Program-made: the position numbers and the translations under genes
Source of the DNA: Lama guanicoe
Taxonomy: Eukaryota
NCBI GenBank assembly: GCA_013239625.1
Contig: MU053559.1
Location: forward strand, 2,462,324 to 2,526,323
Reading direction: 5' to 3'
DNA: 64,000 bases
Part shown: positions 1 through 13,799 of the stretch, one piece after another
Layout: each line of letters opens with the position of its first letter
Position numbering within the stretch: position 1 is the first letter of the stretch
Notes under the pieces: model-generated
What the model was told of the DNA's origin: nothing
The model's input: the letters and a program-made list of their open reading frames with translations, nothing else
Databases searched by the model: none

Positions 1-317
1 GAAGAGGAAGAAATAGAAGAAGACAGAATGACTTCTCCTGACTCCCCAGTCCAGTGTTCTTTCCACGGGGCCGCACAGTGACTTGAAGTCAAAGAGAAAC
101 AGATGTTAAGCAGAGAAGACTCCAAAGCATGACCATGAAATAACTTGAAACTCACCCAGCTGTATGCAGATGCACTTGGTCTTGCCAACTCTTTCATATT
201 CCTAAGGGGTGCCCTTAAGACTATCCTAATGAAGAGATTTTAGAAACAGGAATGGTACCCCCAAGAAAAGTGAAAAAATCTATTTACTGCTTTTTCTTGT
301 TGATTTAAAGAATACCT

Positions 318-411
318 GGGTTGGGGCTGAGTATTGCTCAGCTGTAGAGTGTGTGCTTAGCATGCATGAGGTCCTGGGTTCAATCCCCAGTACCTCCATT
401 AAAAAAATTTT
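318..411 (+). mobile_element. tRNA-derived SINE (camelid Vic-1-like)
   Basis: A-box-like TTGCTCAGCTGTAGAG and B-box GGTTCAATCCC, then TACCTCCATT and an A tail; 14-bp TSD TTTAAAGAATACCT at 304-317 and 412-425. Confidence 0.9.
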
Positions 412-1139
412 TTTAAAGAATACCTACGTTTTTAGGATAGCAATTCCTGTCTCCCAGCAATGCATTGTGCACTGATCCTAGAAATGGTTCCTTTAGCCCT
501 CACCTTTAGGGGCAAAATATGAACTGAAAAAAGTATTGCCTTCTCCATTACATCAGTATACATTTATCCAATCTGTGTGCAATGGAGAGACAGCAGTACT
601 AAGCAGAGGCAATAAAAATCCAGTGTTCAAAATCCTTGATCACGTGTAGAAAGGAGGGAACCACAAGATGAGCCGAAAATGGGTCACTCACATGCTAGGA
701 GCAACTTCTCCCTCCAGGTTTTTGTCCCTGATCTCCTCTCCCCTGTCCTATTCCTGTGGAGGCAGGAGTTCTGTGTGTGTACTCACACGTGTATGTTTAC
801 ATGTGTGTGTATTGTACCCCTCTGTCCCCAACAAAGCCTGTCTAAAACCAGTCATGCCAATCTGCAGGGGACATAGTCTCAAAGCCCTTCATTTTTAAAT
901 AGAAGGTGGTTGACAATAATATTCTTTTTGGGCTCAGGATCTCCTAAGCTCTCTCAGTTTTAACAGTGATCAGAGCAGAACAACAACCCCTAGTGGTTGC
1001 AGAAGTCTGAAAAGACACGTGAATGGACTTACGTTTGACCCCATCCCAGTCCCCTGGCCCCAGTGTCTTTGGCTACGAGGGCTTAAGAAGATAGTAGAGA
1101 ACTTCACAATGTTATAGCACATTCGTACTCTGATGTGAC

Positions 1140-1275
1140 TTTCCCAGGCACCATATGAGATGAGGTTGGGTGCGCAGTAACCCCATTTCACAACTGAGAC
1201 AGCTAAGGCTTTGAGAAGATAAGGTGACTTACCTAAAGTCACCCAGCTGGTTAGTAGCTGAGCTGACTACAGGAC
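1140..1275 (-). mobile_element. MIR SINE fragment
   Basis: MIR core-like CCCCATTTCACAACTGAG...AAGGTGACTTACCTAAAGTCACCCAGCTGGTTAGTAG. Confidence 0.75.
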
Positions 1276-1939
1276 CCCATAGTTTCTCCAAGTGCCTAAT
1301 TTCAGGGTCCTAGAAGCAAGGTATTGACCAAAGTCAAGGTCTCAAAATCGATTGATTTGTTCCAAGGCCACCAGACATGACCTAAGATGCAGCTGTTGGT
1401 ATGAAAGTAACAGAGGACCCCATGATCATCTTTCCTGGGCTATGCCTGCCATTTCCACAACTACAGAAGAACATCCCGGGAGGACCATCTCAATGCTTCT
1501 CCAAAACTGGCTCTTGGCATTTCTAGACTTTTTCAGCAAAGAAAACTTTAGTTATTATCACTTAGAATTGAGGAAGAAATAGAGACTCTGATCACCACCA
1601 TGTGGCATGTTCACAGATTGTGTGGGGGCCTTTGGGAAAAGCATACCTGCTAAGCTTTGATAGAGCAATAAACAGAAGGCTCAAACTGTGCTCTACAATC
1701 TCTCTGCGGGATATGACCTGTAATCTTCATTATAAAAAGAGAGAACATTGTTTTTTTCTGCCTTTCAATAGGTAATTCACTCAAAGAGATTGTGGATAAA
1801 AATGTCCTGTGCTTTTGAAATTCACAATCTGCTGGACAATAGTCTCCCGGTGCTTATGAACACCAGAGTGAAAACAAGCTGTCCTTGGACCTCCCCCTAC
1901 TGCCCTCTCCTCTCCCCAACACCTCCCTGCCTCCCCCGA

Positions 1940-2720
1940 GTGTCCTTCCCCCGCCTCCAGCCCCCAAGGCTGCTTTTGTGTTAACCTCCCATTGCCTTCA
2001 CAAACAGTGTCCCGCTGTCACAAACAGTAACGGATGTCACAGATGAAACTCTTGTGTCTGCTGAGCTCCAATCCAAAAAAATAAAAAATAAAAAAAAATA
2101 AAGTGGCGATTTTTAACAATCCTCCTGTCTGCTAATTTTTCATCAAGGGAATAAGATGCAAAATCATGTTCTTTTTCACGGAAATGTTCCTAGGCTGTGG
2201 GTGGCAACCGAGGAAGTCTGTTGCATCCCACAGTGACTAGAGAGAAAACCTCCCTCTTCATCAGCAAAGAAAAAGCTGCTGGGAAAATCCTCACCCAGCA
2301 GAACTGCACAGTCACCTCCCCTGTTTGTTCGGTGGGTTTTTTATTTGAGGGCTTTTGTTCTGGAACTGTGGGTAAACGGCAGCAAGATGGGCTTGCTACC
2401 ATCTTTCACAACAAAGTGAACTTGACTCAGAGAAATTACCGAGTCTAAAGTGGTCCCAACCCTTCTAACGCAAATGCCAGCCTTTCTCAGCATTCGGTTA
2501 CTTGGTACCGATAAACAACCCCCTCCTCCCTCCTTCCGCTTGAAGAATAAACATATCTGCTGTCATATACGGGCTGTTCCCACCTCAACAAGGAACACCA
2601 AATGTCCCAATGCGTCAGCTCCTTCAGGTCGGCTCAACACTGACAGGAAGTACTCAACAAAGAGGGTGTCTCAAAGAAAAGAATTTCATTTTATGCTTGA
2701 AGAAACCAAGTATTTTCAAA
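1940..2720. promoter_or_regulatory. Candidate enhancer/promoter in unique sequence
   Basis: Non-repetitive block with a GC box (~1948), TCACAAACAGT twice (1998, 2018), CCAAT (~2068), ETS GGAAGT (~2212, ~2646), AP-1 TGACTCA (2423) and RFX-like GTTACTTGGTACC (~2497); motif evidence only. Confidence 0.3.
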
Positions 2721-2887
2721 CCAGAACTCAAGCTCTGTGATGGAGAGATGTGATTATTCTCTTACTAAATTAGGTAATGGTGTACAAGACTAAAATCCAG
2801 GAGACAAGTTACACCTCCCCCTGGCCACCCAGATACTACCACCACGTAAGGGCTGTATTGGTCTAGTATGAGGCACCATTTCTCAAA

Positions 2888-3105
2888 AAGGGATAGACTG
2901 GGATTTCAAAATTGTAGAATAGATCAACAAGATTATACTGTATAGCACAGGGAAATATACACAAGATCTTATGGTAGCTCACGGAGAAAAAAATGTGACA
3001 GTGGATATATATATGTTCATGTATAACTGAAAAATGTGCTCTACACTGGAATTTGATACAACATTGTAAAATGATTATAAATCAATTAAAAAATGTCAAA
3101 AAAAA
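2888..3105 (+). mobile_element. L1 3' UTR fragment (lineage-specific family)
   Basis: AAGGGATAGACTGGGATTTCAAAATTGTAGAATAGA is shared with the 3' UTR of the young L1 (~25706 onward); ends in an A-rich tail; appears to interrupt a MER5-like element. Confidence 0.9.
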
Positions 3106-3402
3106 TGTCTTCCACCTGCTCAGAAACACCTGGAACAACTTTTAAAAGATATAGACCATGGACCTTCCAGATTGCAACTTCTCCATTTAAGTATGCGTTC
3201 CGGGTCATTCTCATGCCCACCTGAGAACCACTGGTCAAGACAAGGCAGAAACAGACTCAGATCCAAGAACTCCACCTATGTCTAGCTAAGCTATTTTTAG
3301 GCATGAATCACAGAGGAGAGAACATTTTTGAAAGCATAGCCAATTCTCTATGCTTTCTCCATACCTTTTCAAAAAGTTAAAACATCACACGCTAAATCAA
3401 CG

Positions 3403-3515
3403 TTGTTGTTGAAAAACAAAATTCAACTGAGTAGCTTTTAAAGGTCTTATTGGCTTTATTCAACAGTTCATGAATCGGGCAGCATCCAGCCTAGCAGACA
3501 GAAAGGAGCTCCTTG
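3403..3515 (-). mobile_element. ERV LTR fragment
   Basis: TGTTG start and GGCTTTATT (AATAAA on the minus strand); resembles laurasiatherian ERV1 LTR ends. Confidence 0.4.
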
Positions 3516-5385
3516 ATGGCGTGTGTAGCCATTCTATCCGTGGGTAGCAACAGAATCATCTATAAGTAGTTTAAACTTAAAGATGGGTTGAGGACAGGTT
3601 ATTTGTATTTCCAAAAGCTCCCCAGGTGATTCTAATGCATACCTTTAGTTGAGAGTAACATCTAAAATAATTACTTCCCAAAATTGAAGTAAGTACGTGC
3701 AGACTCCTCTTCCTCATACAATGACACATATTTGAGTTTACAGTACCTATAAATACCCAGCAGGGGGCCATAGGGAGACATTTGGCTGAGGGAGCATCAT
3801 GGGACTCAATCAGTAAATGGGAGGGCAAGGCAGGCAAGGAGCATTGGGTATCCGGGATCCAACAGTAAGAGAAGACTGAGGGACCAGGATTCAAAGGGAC
3901 CATGGAAATCTAGGAAGGGATTGAGTTCCCGAGGACAGGGGGAGTCAAGCAAGATTTCAGTGCAAGAACCAAAACAGGGACCTCAGCTCTGGAACTTGAG
4001 CAAAAAGAGATGGCAGTGAAGCAAGAGGCGAGGTATCAAAGTTAGGCACACAGGGAAGGCGGAGCTCACACACTGGGCTTCTCAGATGTTCTTTAGATGC
4101 AAGATTGGTTCTAGAAGATGGGAAATGGAGTTGGGAGTGGTGTGGCAGGCAGCCAGACCTTTCAGGGACCCAAGAGATGAGTGTGGAAGACATAAAAAGA
4201 GGAAGCTGGCAAGTCACCAAGCTTTTAAATGTAAGTGTTGATCATTCAGAGTACTTGAAAAAGGAAAAGAAGCATTTGATGAGAAACTCTGGTGGTATTT
4301 TAGTTCAGGGTGAATGAGTAAGAACCCTGATTGCCTGGGAATCGTATCTTGGTATACATCCATTTTCCTAACTCTTAAGCATCACGAAACACTTCCTGGT
4401 CTAATCTGGGCTTCCTATAGGAAATTAGTTTCTCAAAAATCTTATTTATTTCCTTAAGTAACTCCCCTGGTTCTAGCTTTTTTTTTTTCCTTCTCATTTG
4501 CCTTTTTAACCCCTTTTAATTTGTTGTTATAGTTCATCAGGATCCATTTCATTAATATCTTATTACACATACATTTATTCTTAGTTGAAAAATCATACAT
4601 CAGTATCTTTCAAAGTTTCATTCAGAATACTGCATAATGTTTGCTTTTTAAAATAGTATAAATTTAAATAATGTGTGGATAGGAAGGCTTTCAGAATTTT
4701 ACGAATTTGGAGAGAGTGTGAAGTAGCACACTTTCAGGGATATTTCATGTTTACTTCACAGAGCACTTAGCCACACAAGAGCTATTTTCTAACTGGCCGA
4801 TTGATCCAATCAAACCGAGATGGCATTGTCTGAGTTAACTCTGGGAGTGTACTATTTAAATTCTGAGTATGCCTTTAATAGAAATTCTTTCCTCAGGAAA
4901 TAATCAATTCAGTTTTGCTAATTCTGTTCCCTAAAGCATCATGAATAAAATTGTTATAACATCTGATCCTGTACAAATAGCAGTCAGTTGTGTGGGTTGG
5001 AGACACGTGACCTTACTGGTACAATAATAGATGTCTAACATGAAACTGTCATTGAATGAATGAAATTATTCTTACTAACTCAATACCTCGTACATAGCTA
5101 TTTATTAAACTCTTAATTTTTTTTTTTTGCTAAGTAAAGTTAGATAATCTTCCAATACATTAATTAATTCCAGTGAGTCCACTCTGGAAAATATATGTTA
5201 AAACAGTTTCTCTCTAACCAGAAAATACACTCATTTCTCCTCTTTCTCATTTTTTTCCACCTCTTAACACTTTATTTCACATCCTTCTTCTTCTCTTTCT
5301 AATTTACCTCTTAACACTAATAATCTAGGGTTCTTTTATTCTCCATTACTCAAAGTATATTTCTGTGTTGAACCCACAGTGAGAA

Positions 5386-5457
5386 CACTCATTCACTCAT
5401 TCATCCACTCATACAATCAACCAGCAAATATTTATAGGATACCTCCTATGTACTAGG
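5386..5457 (-). mobile_element. L2 3' end
   Basis: (CATT)n-like tail followed by AAATATTTAT...CCTCCTATGTACTAGG, typical of an L2 terminus. Confidence 0.7.
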
Positions 5458-5754
5458 CTTTTTTAAGATATGATTGATGTAAAGTATTACAGAAGTTACA
5501 GGACAACACAGTGATTCGCAATTTTTAAAGGTTATATTCCATTTATAGTTAGTATACAATATTGGCTATATCCTATGAGTTGTACAATATACCCTTGTAG
5601 CTTATTTATTTTATACATAATAGTTTGTGCCTCTTAATCCCCTATCTCTCCCTTGCCCTTTCCCCTTACCTCTCCCCACTGGTAAGCGCGAGTTTATTTC
5701 CTATATCTGAGGGTCAATTTCTGTTTTGTTATATTCACTAGTTTACTTTATTTT

Positions 5755-8700
5755 TTAGATTCCACATACAAGTAATATCATACAGTATTTGTCTTTCTCT
5801 GTCTGACTTACTTCACTTAGCATAATACCCTCCAAGTCCGTCCATGTTGTTGCAAATGGCAACATTTCCTTCTTTTCTATGGCTCAGTTGTATTCCATTG
5901 TATGTATATCACATCTTCTATATCCACTTATCTGTTGATGGACACTTAGGTTGCTTCCATATCTCAGCAGTTATAAATAATGCTGCTATAAACATTGAGG
6001 TGCATGCATCTTTTTGAATTAGTGTTTTTGGCTTTTTTGGATATCCAGGAGTGGTCATATGGTAGTTCTGTTTTTAGCTTTTTGAAGAACCTCCATATTG
6101 TTTTCCATAGTGGCTGCACCAATTTACATTCCCACCAGCAGTGTAGGAGGGTTCCCTTTTCTCCACAGCCTCACCAATATTTGTTATTTGTGTTCTTTTT
6201 GATGATAGCCATTCTGATAGGTGTGAGGTGATATCTCACTGTGGTTTTATTTTGCATTTCTCTGATGATTAATGATATTGAGCACATTTTCACGTGCCCA
6301 TTGGCCATCTGTATGTCTTCTTGGAAAAATGTCTATTCAGGCCTTCTGCCCATTTTTTAATTGCTCTTTTTTTTTGATGTTGAGTGTATGAGCTGTTTAC
6401 ATATTTTGGATATTAACCCCTTATTGGTCATAACATTAGCAAATATTTTCTCTTTTTCTATAGGTTGTCTTCTCGGTTTTGTTGATGGTTTCCTTCTCTA
6501 TGCAAAAACTTTAAGTTTAACTAGGTCCCATTTGTTTATTTTTACTTTTATTTCCTTTGCTTTAGGGGACAGATCCAAAAAAATATTCTATGATTTCTCT
6601 GTTTTCTTCTAGGAGTTTTATGGTTTCTGATCTTATATTTAGGTCTTTAATCCTTTTTGAATTTATTTTCATATATGGTTAGAGGATATTTTAATTTTAT
6701 CCTTTTACATGTAACTGTACAGTTTTCCCAGCATTACTTATTGAAGAGACTGTCTTTTCTCCATTTTATATTCTTGCCTCCTTTGTCATAGATTAATTGA
6801 CCATAATTGTGTGAGTTTATTTCTGGGCTCTCTGTTCTGTTCCATTGGTCTATATGTCTGTTTTTGTGCCAGTACCATGCTGTTTTTTTTTTTAAATTGA
6901 AGTATAGTCAGTTACAATGTGTCAATTTCTGTTGAATGGCATAATGTACCATACTGTTTTGATTACTGTAGCTTTGTAGTATAGTCTGAAGTCAGGGAGT
7001 ATGATTCCTCCAGCTCTGTTCTTCTTTATGAAGAGTATTTTGGCTATTCGGGGTCTTTTGTGTTTCCATACAAATTTTAAAATTACTTGTTCTAGTTCTA
7101 TGACAAATGCCTTTGGTATTTTGATAGAGATTGCATTGAATCTCTAGGTTGCCTTTGGTAGTATGATCATTTTAACAATATTAATTCTTCCAATCCATAA
7201 ACACAGTACATCTTCCCATCTATTTGCATCTTGTTCAATTTCTTTCATCGGTATTTTATAGTTTTCTGAATACAGGTCTTTTGAGTCCTTAAGTAGATTT
7301 ATTCCTAAGCATTTTATTCTTTTTGATGTGATGGTAAGTGGAATTGTTTTCTTAATTTCTCTTTCTGATAGTTCATTGTTACTGTAGAGAAAAGCAACAG
7401 ATTTCTGTATATTAATTTTGTATCCTGCAACTTTACTGAATTCATTGATGAGTTCTACTAGTTTTCTAGCAGTGTCTTTAAGATTTTCTGTGTATAGTAT
7501 CATGTCATCTGCAAACAGTGACAGTTCTACTTCTTTTCTAATTTGGATCCCTTTTATTTCCTTTTCTTGTCTGATTGCTGTGGCTAGGACTTCCAATGTA
7601 ATGCTGAATGAAAGTGGCAAGAGTGGGCATACTTGTCTTGTTCCTGATCTTAGAGGAAATGCTTTCAGCTTTTCATTGTTGAGTATAATGTTAGCTGTGG
7701 GCTTGTCGTATATGGCCCTTATCATGTTGAGGTATGTTCCCTCTGTGCCCACTTTCTGGAGATTGTTTTTATCATAAATAGATGTTGAATTTTGTCAAAA
7801 GCTTTTTCTGCATCTATTGAGATGATCACATGATTGTTATTCTTCCTTTTGTTAGTTTTATGTGTTACAGTGATAGATTTGCAAATGTTGAATCATCCTT
7901 GCATCCCTGGAATAAATTCCATTCAATCACTGCATACGATTCTTTTAATGTATTGCTGTATTCAGTTTGCTAATATTTTATTGAAGATTATTGCATCTAT
8001 GTTCATCAGAGATACTGGCCTATAATTGTCTTTTTTGTGTTGTCTTTATCTGGTTTTGGTATCGGTGATGTTAGCCTCATAAAATGAGTTAGAAAGCATT
8101 CCTCCCTCTTGAATTTTTTGAAAGGGATTGAGAAGGCTAGCTATTAAATCTTCTTTGAATGTTTGGTAGAATTTACCTGTGAAGCTGTCTGGTCCTGGAC
8201 TTTTGTTTCTTGGGAAGTTTTTGGTTACTGTTTCCTTAGTGATCTATCTATTCAGATTTTCTATTTCTTCACTTTTCAGTCCTAGAAGGTTGTATAAATA
8301 AATCTAAGAATTTATCCATTTCTTCTAGTTCTAGTTTATCCATTTTGGGGGCATATAGCTGTTTGTAGTATTCTCTTATAATCTTTTGCATCTCTGTGGC
8401 ATCCATTGTAATTTCTCTTTTGTTTCTGATTTTATTTATCCGAGCCTTCTCTCTTTTTTCCCTTAGTGAGCTAGCTAAAGATTTGTCCATTTTGTTTATC
8501 TTTACAAAGAACCAGCTCTTATTGATCCTTTCTATTGTCTTTTTAGTCTCTATTTCATTTATTTCCACTCAGATCTTTATTATTTCCTTCTTTCTACTAA
8601 TTTGGGGCTTTATTTGTTCTTTTTCTAGTTCCTTTAGGTGTAAGGTTAGATTGTTTGGGGGGGATTTTTCTTGTTTCTTAAAGTAGGCTTCTATTGCTAT

Positions 8701-9580
8701 CCTTCTTATTACCACTTTTGCTACATCCTACAGATTTTGGTATGTTGTATATTCACTTTCATTTGCCTTCACATATTTTTTGACTTCTCCCTTGATTTCT
8801 TTGTTGACACAATAGTTATTCAGTAACATGTTTAATTTCCACATACTTGTAATTTTTCCAGCTTTCTTCTTATAGTTGATTTCTGGTTTTATACCACTGT
8901 GGTCAGAAAACATGCTTGATATGATTTCAATCTTCTTAAACTTACTGAGACTTGTTTTACATCTCAACATATAGTCTATGCTTGAGAAAGTTCCATGTGT
9001 ACTTGAGAAGAATGTGTATTTTGCTGCATTTGGATGGAATGTTCTGTGTAAATATATTAAGTCAATCAGGTCTAAAGTTTCATTCAGGCCACTATTTCCT
9101 TGTTGACTTTCTATCTGGATGATCTACTCATTGATGTAAGTGAGGTGTTAAAGTCCCCTCCTATTATTGTGTTGCTGTCAGCTTCTCCCTTTAGGTCTGT
9201 AAATAATTGTTTTATATATTTTGGTGTTCCTATATTGGGTACGTATATATTAATAACTGTTATGTCTCCTTGGTGAATTGTCTCCTTTATCATTATATAA
9301 TTTTAATCTTTGTCTTTGGTTAACCGTTTTGGCTTGGGGACTATTTTGTCTGACATGTGTGCGGTACACTTACTTGCTTTTGGCTGCCATTTGTTTAGAG
9401 CATCATCTTCTATCCCTTCACATTGAGCCTATGATTGTGTTTAGAGCTGGGTCTCCTGGAGGAAGCATATAGTTGGGTCTTGTTTTCAATCCATCCAGCC
9501 ACTCTGTGTCTTTGGACCGGTGAACTCAATACATTTACATTTAGGATGATTATTGACAAATGAGGACTTAGTACTGCCAT
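5755..9580 (-). pseudogene. L1 ORF2 (endonuclease/reverse transcriptase), disrupted
   Basis: Starts MAVLSPHLSIIILNVN at 9580; EN motif GDFNT (9111-9293 ORF); RT motif [10 protein letters not shown] (7144-7752 ORF); many stops and frameshifts. Confidence 0.93.
6887..6945 (-). mobile_element. ~59-bp L1 3'-terminal insertion nested in older L1 ORF2
   Basis: Poly-T then AAATTGAAGTATAGTCAGTTACAATGTGTCAATTTC; TSD GTACCAT(G/A)CTGTTTT at 6872-6886 and 6946-6960. Confidence 0.88.
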
Positions 9581-12483
9581 TTTTTCTTTTGTTTTTAGTT
9601 GCTCTATATCTCCATTGTTTCTTTTTCCTTGTTATTATGTCTACTATGTTAGTTTGGTGGTTTTCTACGAGGTTTTTCTCAGTTTTCTCTTTTTATGTTT
9701 TGTGTTTCCTCTAGATTTGTGTTTTCTGGTTATCATGAGATTGGCATAAAATATCTCATAGATATATTGTCCGTTTTCTGCTGATAGCATCTTATCTTCA
9801 TTTGCCTATAGGGGTTCTGTCTTTTTCTTTTTCCCCTTTTATGTTTCTGTTATCTCAAATTAGCCCTTTTTATGTTGTGAATTTGTTATAAAATTGACAT
9901 AGCCAGAGCTATTTTTACTACTCTTTTCCCCTTTAACCTTTATGCTATAGTTGGCTGTTTAACAACTTCTCCTGACGTAGAGTTGCAATTTTCTGACTAT
10001 ATTATCACTTCACTCAAAGTTTTGTGTACTTTTGCCTTCTTGTTTCAGGTAGCAGATCTCTTTTTAATGTTTTCATAAGGCAAGACTAGTGGTGATAAAC
10101 TCCCTCAGCTTTTCTTTGTTTGGGAAAGCCTTTATTTCTTCTTCATATCTGAGGGATAACTTTGCTGGATAGAGTATTCTTGGCTGACAGTTTTTAATCT
10201 TTCAATGTGTTGAGTACGTCATTCCATTCTCTTCCGACTGGTAGTTTCTTCTGAGAAACTTATTGATGGCCTAATGGGGATTCCTTTTTTCCATGGCTGC
10301 CTTTAAAATTCTTTCTTTGTCATTTACAGTTTTAATATAATAGGTCTTGGAGGTCTTTTTGCATTGAAAAATTAGGAATTCTGTTAGCTTCATGGATTTG
10401 TATATCCAGTTCCTTTCCCAAGTATGGGACGTTCTCAACTATTATTTCCTTAAATAAACTCTGCTTCCTTCTCCCTCTCTTCTCCTTCTGGGATACCCAT
10501 TGTCCTTGTGTTGCCCTTCCTAATGGAGTCAGATAGTTCTTTAATAATTTCTTTACTTTTCTAGACCTTGGTTCTCTCTCTTCCTCTACCTGTATAATTT
10601 CTAGGTTTCTATCTTCAAGCTCACTAATTTTCTCTTTTATATGGTCTGTTCTATTTCCAGTGCTTTCTAATGCATTCTTCATCTCATTTATTGAGCTCTT
10701 CAGCTCCTGAATTTGTTTGGTTCATTTTTAGAGTTGCCATCTCTTTGGAAAGCTATTTCTTCTGTTCATTAATTTTATTTCTGAGGTCACTGAACTGCCT
10801 TTCTGAGTTTCTTCTAGCTCATTTAGTTTCTTCATGACAGCTATTTTGAATTCCCTATCAATTAGATTGCAATATTTCATAACTTTAAGTTTGGTTTCTG
10901 AAGAATTGTTATTTTGTTGTTGTGATATCATGTTACCATGGTTTTTCATGATGCCTGATGAGTTGTTCGCCTGTCCCTGCATTTGAAATAGCAAACACCT
11001 TCCTTCTTTAGGTAAAACTTTTTTTACGATTCTAACAATTCAACAGGTTAACGATTAGAGAACTTTCTTTAGTTTTTCAGTAGGTGGCAATATAACACAA
11101 GTTTTCGGTTTCTCTTACCTGAGCCTCTGGCTATATTTGAGAATCAGCACTTTCCACCCTCCACAACATCTGCCAGAGGTGTCTCCTAGTACCCTCCTTG
11201 TCACTGTTTGTGCCTCTGGGGTCACTGGTGCCTTGCTGCTTCCAGAATTGCTGCTGTTGTTGATGTTGTCACCTAGGGCACGAGGATGGTGGGTGTCTTC
11301 ACCATATCCAAGGTTGCCTGGGTCACAGGCATGGTTGCTACCATGTGGGAGAGAGAGGATGGGAGAAAGCCAGGGTCCCAGGTGTGTCTGCTGTCACTAG
11401 GGTTGTTGGGTTCATGGGTGCCACCAGTGTGGTCAAAGGGACTGGAGTTACAGGTGTTTCCATGGCTGGAGGGATGGGGGTCACAGCCCCCACTGCTGCT
11501 GCTGCATTGCCTCTCCTGCTGTTACCAAGTGCTCTGGGGCTGCAGGTTCAGCTGTCACAGCCAGGGGGCCAGGATTACAGGCACCACCTCAGATATTTGC
11601 CTTCTCCAAGTGTCCAGATGTAGAAACATGTGAAACTCTCCAGCATCCTGGTGTGTTGAATTATAGGTGTTCTACTGATTGTAGATTGAAAGGGAGAGAC
11701 AAAGGAGTGTCTCACACCACCATGATCCTCACAAAAAAGGTTAATATGATTCTCCTTCTCTGAGTAAATCTACAAATATTACATTTTTCCCTGACCCTGA
11801 AAGAGCAAGTATTCAGGGAACCCAACCTGGCTACCACGTGTCTGGGAGGAAATTGGCAACAAGTCATCTCTCTGGTCTCCACATTTCTCATAGTGGTGAC
11901 ACTTCAAGAAGTTTATCTTATCTGCTTGACTGATTTTCCACCTTGCAAGAATTGTTTTCATCACAGGGAGGGAATGTAAAACTTGGGCACTACAGAATTC
12001 TCACTGGTGTAGAAAGAACCTCAGGATTTCCAGAGACATCCCAAGAATAAGCAAATACAGAAACACTGTGCATTCCCACCAAGGGCTTCAGATTTGTAAA
12101 TTTCAAGGAAGTTGGTGGTATTTGGGGATTCTGGTCAACTCATCTACCGGTTAAATCTTCTTCTTCTTCAGCATTACCTCACCATCACTTGTTGTTCCCT
12201 AGGGTCTCTGTGTATCTCCAGCTTTTGGTTTTGATTTGAAGCACAGAGCTCTTCAGAGGGTGGCTGCTGGAACCATCATCCCGATATGGGATCCCAAGAA
12301 TTGCTTCTTCCCGGAGTGTTCTTGTTGGGTTTCCACTATCCCTCGGAAAAAATCAACCCCTCTTCCTTTCCCCTAAAACTCTACGTAGTCATTTCTACCT
12401 TCCAAACCATGATCTTAAAGACTTTTAGCATCTCTCCATCACAGGGACCACTTATTATAGATTTACTTGTACTGTTCAGCTAT

Positions 12484-13614
12484 TAGGACTGCCTAAATAA
12501 TGTCAAGGCTCAGTGAAAAATGAAAAGATGTGGGGCTCTTGCTCAAAAAGCAGGAAAATTGGTAAAAGTGCCCACAAGGCTTTTTCTTTCTTCTCCATCT
12601 CTCTTGACTTGTCATGATATTTTTAGTTGTAATTTAATATCATGCTTATTAAAGAAGAATTACAATTTTTAAATATTAGCATAAATTGTTTTTATGTTAT
12701 GCAGTATCAGTTTTAAATGTAAATATTAGAGCACTTGACTCATAGGCAGAATCACCAAAATTTCAGTTTGTCACCTTCCTGGAAGGTGCCTTAAGTTGGC
12801 CAGAAGAGATGGACACAAGCCAGATTCAAGAAGGTTGGAGGGAGGAAAAGAGTATCCCCAGGCACAGAACTAAGAGAAGGAGCTCTCCTAAGATACTGAC
12901 TGGGCAACTGCAGACCCATCCCGGTACCTAAGCCTCTGCCCTTAGGATGGCACACTCACTTGGGTTTGACCTTTAACGGGTTGCCCCTCCCACCAGCTGC
13001 TGGACCAATGCCCCCGCCAGGAGGCAAGGTCTGGGGAAGTCCAGCCAACATTTTCCTTTCCCAGAGACTGCTCCCTCAACCTATGGCAAACAGGTGGCCC
13101 CTAAGGATCTTTGAAACTCCAGGTCAGGATGCACTCAGTGGATTGGGATGGGTAAGGGGTGTGTCCCCACTGAGATGCATCTGCCACCAGATATGCCATG
13201 GTCCTGCCAACCTGGAGCAGGGACAGCCACCACTCTGCCTGCGTAGGGATGCTGCAAGGGGCACGTGCCCAACCGTGCCCTTGCCACACTCACACCCAGG
13301 CCCTTGCAGGGAACAGAGGGCATCAGTTGTCAGGGCTGAAGCACAGAGGGTGAGACCCAGTGGGGCCTGAGTTGTCAAAGGCAGCTGAGAGCCTGTCCTG
13401 CAAAACTGGAGGAAGAATGACTTTCACTGAGCTGAGGCTTCTAGTTCCTTGCCCATGGCTCATTGTCCCTTCAGATGGGACTTACCGAAGACAAATTCAA
13501 AAATTAAATCATTCAGAATTTGAAGACAGCAACTGCAGAGCATTAAACCCCAAGAGTGGGACCCTTCTGAATATGTGCCACTGCCCTGGCCACATGCCCA
13601 TGGAGCTGTCCCTG
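12484..13614. mobile_element. MER45-like hAT-Tip100 non-autonomous DNA transposon
   Basis: Ends TAGGACTGCCTAAATAAT...AAAATGAAAA and ...GCCCATGGAGCTGTCCCTG resemble MER45 termini; degenerate 8-bp TSD TCAGCTAT/CCAGCTAC. Confidence 0.75.
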
Positions 13615-13799
13615 CCAGCTACTCCTGAAATGAGTAAGGTGAAGACAGACCAGCTCAATGGCATACCTATCCAGTCTCAACATTCCTTGAGGAACAGAGT
13701 GAGTCTCCTCAACAAGTCTTCTAGGAACCTTGAGAAGCTGAAACTTGACTCTCAATCTCAACTCCACCGGATACCGAAATGAACTGCTAACAGCTGCCT

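Larger units (their letters stand above)
5460..11730 (-). mobile_element. Near-full-length decayed LINE-1 (older L1M-type)
   Basis: In minus order: GC-richer 5' UTR (~11000-11730), ORF1 remnants (10332-10994 ORFs, e.g. REFKIAVMKKLNEL), ~450-bp inter-ORF spacer, ORF2 9580-5755, 3' UTR. Confidence 0.95.

Noticed and set aside
318..400. tRNA gene (also 47838-47910)
   Set aside because: A/B boxes are present, but the A-rich tail, TSD and lack of a clean acceptor stem indicate SINE copies
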